Positions 61,299 to 64,000 of a stretch of DNA of 64,000 nucleotides are shown here, in pieces; positions within the stretch are counted from its first letter, which is position 1; every line of letters begins with the position of its first letter. Origin of the DNA: Terriglobia bacterium (GTDB lineage Bacteria > Acidobacteriota > Terriglobia > Acidiferrales > UBA7541); the NCBI GenBank assembly GCA_963695545.1, contig OY968796.1, positions 3,808,001-3,872,000 on the forward strand, in the 5' to 3' direction. The notes beneath the pieces were generated by a model that was not told the DNA's origin, made no database searches, and worked only from the letters and a program-made list of their open reading frames with translations. The position numbers and the translations under genes were made by a program.

Positions 61299-62336
61299 TC
61301 AGGGTGCGGTGCCGCGCTTCCGAGAGCCGCGCGTCTCGACAGCATTCTGTTGCAGTATTTTCCGTGACACCGGGCGCAATTCCTGGAGATGCTCGCGAAG
61401 GTAAGGCATTAGGTGTTGCTTTTTACTCTTCCCGCGCTTGGATGTCTCGTCGTCCGTCTGAGAATCGCCTGGAATCAATTCCGGATTGCGCGCGGCCACG
61501 CGACGATAAATGGAGCGCCACATTTTCTTGGTTGTGGAGAGTGAGATGCCCAGCTCGTCGCTCAAATTTTCGTCGGTTCCTCCGGCGAGCGCGGAAAGCA
61601 GCAATCGCTGTTCGCTGCGGCTGAAGCCGAAACGGGGCACTTCATGCACGAATATCAACCCGATCCAGGATATGGGTACGCCGCGAGCCAACTCGCCGGT
61701 GGTGCCCACGATGTGCGGTTTCGTCTTAAGTTCTTCCAGATTTGTCGCCCCAAAATCGCCATAGCCGCCATCCGGGCACTTGAATAGCCGTATGCCGGTG
61801 TTCCGTATTCCCTCGAGATGCTCCGCGCTCTCGCCTTGCGCTACCAACTCCTTCAAGAGATAACCACGGTGCTCGTCGAGGAACGTAGTCATGAGCTCTT
61901 GCCAAACCTCCACGCGCCTGATGTCCGCCATGCGCACGGTGGAGGCCCACACGGCAAGGTTCAATCCGCCCTTGGAATTCGCCTCGCGCACCTGCTTTTC
62001 GGATAGCAGGGGAGAATCGCCGCGCGCAACGCGTCTGGCCATCTCCGGGCAGATCCAAAAAAGAGGCGGTGTTTTCAGTTCGCGCAGGAAATCTTCGGAG
62101 ACGAAAACGGTGACGCCAACTCCGACGATTCGGGCTCGTGCTCGACGCGCTGCTTCTTCAACTTCTTCAAACACCATCGCCGAGCAGAATCCATCCGTGG
62201 AAAGCAAGCGGAGCCAGGCAGTGCGCAAATCCGTAAGCGAGCCGCCATAGCGCGGGCCGCCAACTGGATGGGCCGCGACGAGCTCGACGCACGCGAGGAC
62301 ATCCTTCGGCTGCATAGGCCTATGCCGAATGCTCAT
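61299..62336 (-). CDS. Putative transcriptional regulator: GNAT-like N-terminus plus C-terminal LuxR-like HTH
   Basis: N-terminus IRHRPMQPKDV...RIVGVG; C-terminus FSRSEQRLLLSALAGGTDENLSDELGISLSTTKKMWRSIYRR. Confidence 0.7.
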   Translation of the reverse strand: MSIRHRPMQPKDVLACVELVAAHPVGGPRYGGSLTDLRTAWLRLLSTDGFCSAMVFEEVEEAARRARARIVGVGVTVFVSEDFLRELKTPPLFWICPEMARRVARGDSPLLSEKQVREANSKGGLNLAVWASTVRMADIRRVEVWQELMTTFLDEHRGYLLKELVAQGESAEHLEGIRNTGIRLFKCPDGGYGDFGATNLEELKTKPHIVGTTGELARGVPISWIGLIFVHEVPRFGFSRSEQRLLLSALAGGTDENLSDELGISLSTTKKMWRSIYRRVAARNPELIPGDSQTDDETSKRGKSKKQHLMPYLREHLQELRPVSRKILQQNAVETRGSRKRGTAP

Positions 62337-62448
62337 GCCGGATACCAACCTACGGTTTACAGCGGGGACTTACCGCTCTTTTAGAGGGCTTGTTTATATC
62401 ATGGCTTCGTAGATACTTCCACAACCCGCGAACTCGCTGGAGGTTACC

Positions 62449-63186
62449 ATGAAGGCCAAGCCAATTCTGAAACGCTGGGCGGTATTGCCAGGCATCCCCG
62501 CCATACTATTGGTGATCGGTTTATATACGCCCACCTCTCGTGCAAGTTCCGTTCCCCTCTGCGCCGAAACCGGATTCGAGCAGGCTGGCGAGTCTGGCTC
62601 AGCCGTGGTGGGCTCGTCGGCATCCGACGGAATGGGCGACACGGCTACGACGACTCCGAATTCCGTTACGGCGACCTCTTCAAATGCGAGCTCGGGCGCG
62701 TCGATTACATACTGCTTCGATGTAAGCGCGACAGCTGATGCGCCTGCGACATCGGTATACGTGGACATCGCGGCTTCCGCTACGGCCTCGGCCGCCGGGG
62801 GTGGGCCAAGCGCGCTAGCACTCGTGGATATCGGCGGGTTCGACAATTTGTCAGGCGTGGTAGCGTACGACAGTACTGATACACCAGAAGAGGCCACCGA
62901 TGATCAGTACTTGCTGGCTGTCGGTGCCGAGTACGACCTCGTAGTCACCGCATCCGCGAGCGGGGCGGGTGAGGGAGGCGCAACCGCGGAGGCCGATCCG
63001 TATATATATGTCGATCAAACCTTGAATGCGGACCCGGGAGACTATTCCATTGACGTGAGCGCAGGCGTTTCAAATGTGCCCCTTACGCCGCCGCCCGCAA
63101 ACGCACCGGAGCCGGGCAGCGCAGGCCTGCTTGGCGTAGGGCTGCTAGGGATTGTGTTCGCGGGACGGAAGCGGCTAATTGCGTAG
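62449..63186 (+). CDS. PEP-CTERM sorting domain protein
   Basis: GGAGG SD; signal peptide; Ser/Ala/Asp-rich body; APEPGSAGLLGVGLLGIVFAGRKR. Confidence 0.9.
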   Translation: MKAKPILKRWAVLPGIPAILLVIGLYTPTSRASSVPLCAETGFEQAGESGSAVVGSSASDGMGDTATTTPNSVTATSSNASSGASITYCFDVSATADAPATSVYVDIAASATASAAGGGPSALALVDIGGFDNLSGVVAYDSTDTPEEATDDQYLLAVGAEYDLVVTASASGAGEGGATAEADPYIYVDQTLNADPGDYSIDVSAGVSNVPLTPPPANAPEPGSAGLLGVGLLGIVFAGRKRLIA

Positions 63187-63197
63187 TACTCGGAAGT

Positions 63198-63239
63198 GGA
63201 GGCCTCCGCCACGGCGGACAGGTCTAGGCCTCCGCTACA
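63198..63239 (-). repeat. GTAG-type REP hairpin carrying a nested 18-bp CAGG insert
   Basis: GGAGGCC[TCCGCCACGGCGGACAGG]TCTAGGCCTCCGCTAC, compared with the empty form at 46110. Confidence 0.75.
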
Positions 63240-63273
63240 TAAACCTATGGGAGCAGCGCGGACGGCGCGAGGA

Positions 63274-64000
63274 TCATGGCTTTAGATCGGAGGGCCAATT
63301 CGTGACGACGGCGATGGGAGAAATGGCTTGCTGCGCTACGGGGGTGACGGCGAGAAAGCGCTGGCCGTCTGGGGTCACAACGTAGGTGGTGGGCTGAAAG
63401 GCACCGGACAGAAAATCCGCTTCGAAGAGAGGCTTGGGCGTGCCCGCTTCAAACTGGGGGCCATCAGTGGTCACGTCCACAGCCATCATCTTGTCGCCGG
63501 AAAGGAAGAAGAGCTCCTTGCCGTCGCGCCGCCACTGGGGGTGCTGTCCCCCAGCGGCGGAGACCTGCCATTTGCCGGTGCGATCTGGAAACGTCTGGAC
63601 GTAAATCTGGTAGGTTCCCGACTCGTCTGAGATGTAGGCGATGTAACGGCCATTGGGCGAGAAGAACGCTTCCCTGGTGTTGTACGCGGCCTGTACAAAG
63701 GGAATGGGCTTGCGGTCGCCGAAGAGCGGCAAAATCCAGAGATTGGCCGGCAAAACCGTGGTGTCGTACACAACGTAGCGACCATCGGACGACCAGTCAT
63801 TCACGCTCTTCTGCTGATCCTTGGATGCGAAGACAATCTGGGAATCGCCGATGCCGTTGGCCGCTTTCTCGTAAATATCCCGATTGCCGGTTTGTGTTGA
63901 ACTGAACAGAATTTGGCTGCCGCCCGGGGACCAAAGCGGGCTGATTTCGTCGGTAGGATCAAACGTAAATCTGGAAGCCGTGGCCCGCTTCAAATCGAAA
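63274..64000 (-). CDS. C-terminal TolB-like/PD40 propeller, probably of a Ser/Thr kinase-propeller protein (5' partial)
   Basis: WSPGG, FSPNGRYIAYISDESG, WQVSAAGG..PQWRRDGKELFF, PDGQRFL, VVTNW. A kinase domain is not visible in the window. Confidence 0.75.
   Translation of the reverse strand, partial: FDLKRATASRFTFDPTDEISPLWSPGGSQILFSSTQTGNRDIYEKAANGIGDSQIVFASKDQQKSVNDWSSDGRYVVYDTTVLPANLWILPLFGDRKPIPFVQAAYNTREAFFSPNGRYIAYISDESGTYQIYVQTFPDRTGKWQVSAAGGQHPQWRRDGKELFFLSGDKMMAVDVTTDGPQFEAGTPKPLFEADFLSGAFQPTTYVVTPDGQRFLAVTPVAQQAISPIAVVTNWPSDLKP

Overview
GC-rich bacterial chromosome segment, most consistent with Acidobacteriota (Terriglobia-like). The basis is an ADOP-type duplicated permease, DUF6599- and DUF6677-like genes, single-domain Clp-like AAA+ proteins, an S53 protease with Ig repeats and PEP-CTERM proteins. 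Housekeeping genes include gcvT-H-PA-PB, ilvE, an aquaporin, pilT-recX-alaS, a lytic transglycosylase, an amidase, tdh, tRNA-Thr(CGT), an M24 peptidase, yggS, tmk-holB and an Hfq-like gene. These are interleaved with accessory genes. The most notable observations are: (1) a giant sedolisin whose last Ig domain appears split by a TM-RRR-TM-lipobox insert, a candidate internal-lipoprotein/strand-complementation anchor; (2) five 18-30 bp 'hairpin+CAGG' units in or beside other REP-like palindromes, four of which leave an intact host repeat when removed; (3) three related 300-410 bp non-coding elements next to accessory genes; (4) a mosaic REP array separating single genes at 45.6-48.4 kb; (5) a 1224-aa nuclease-STAND NTPase, a candidate antiphage protein; (6) two near-identical single-NBD Hsp100 ATPases with a ClpP-docking-like MGF loop; (7) a promoter/terminator-bounded sRNA candidate and two small genes missed by the ORF track. 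No CRISPR array, rRNA, integrase or transposase was seen. All family assignments come from motif recognition by eye, not from database searches.
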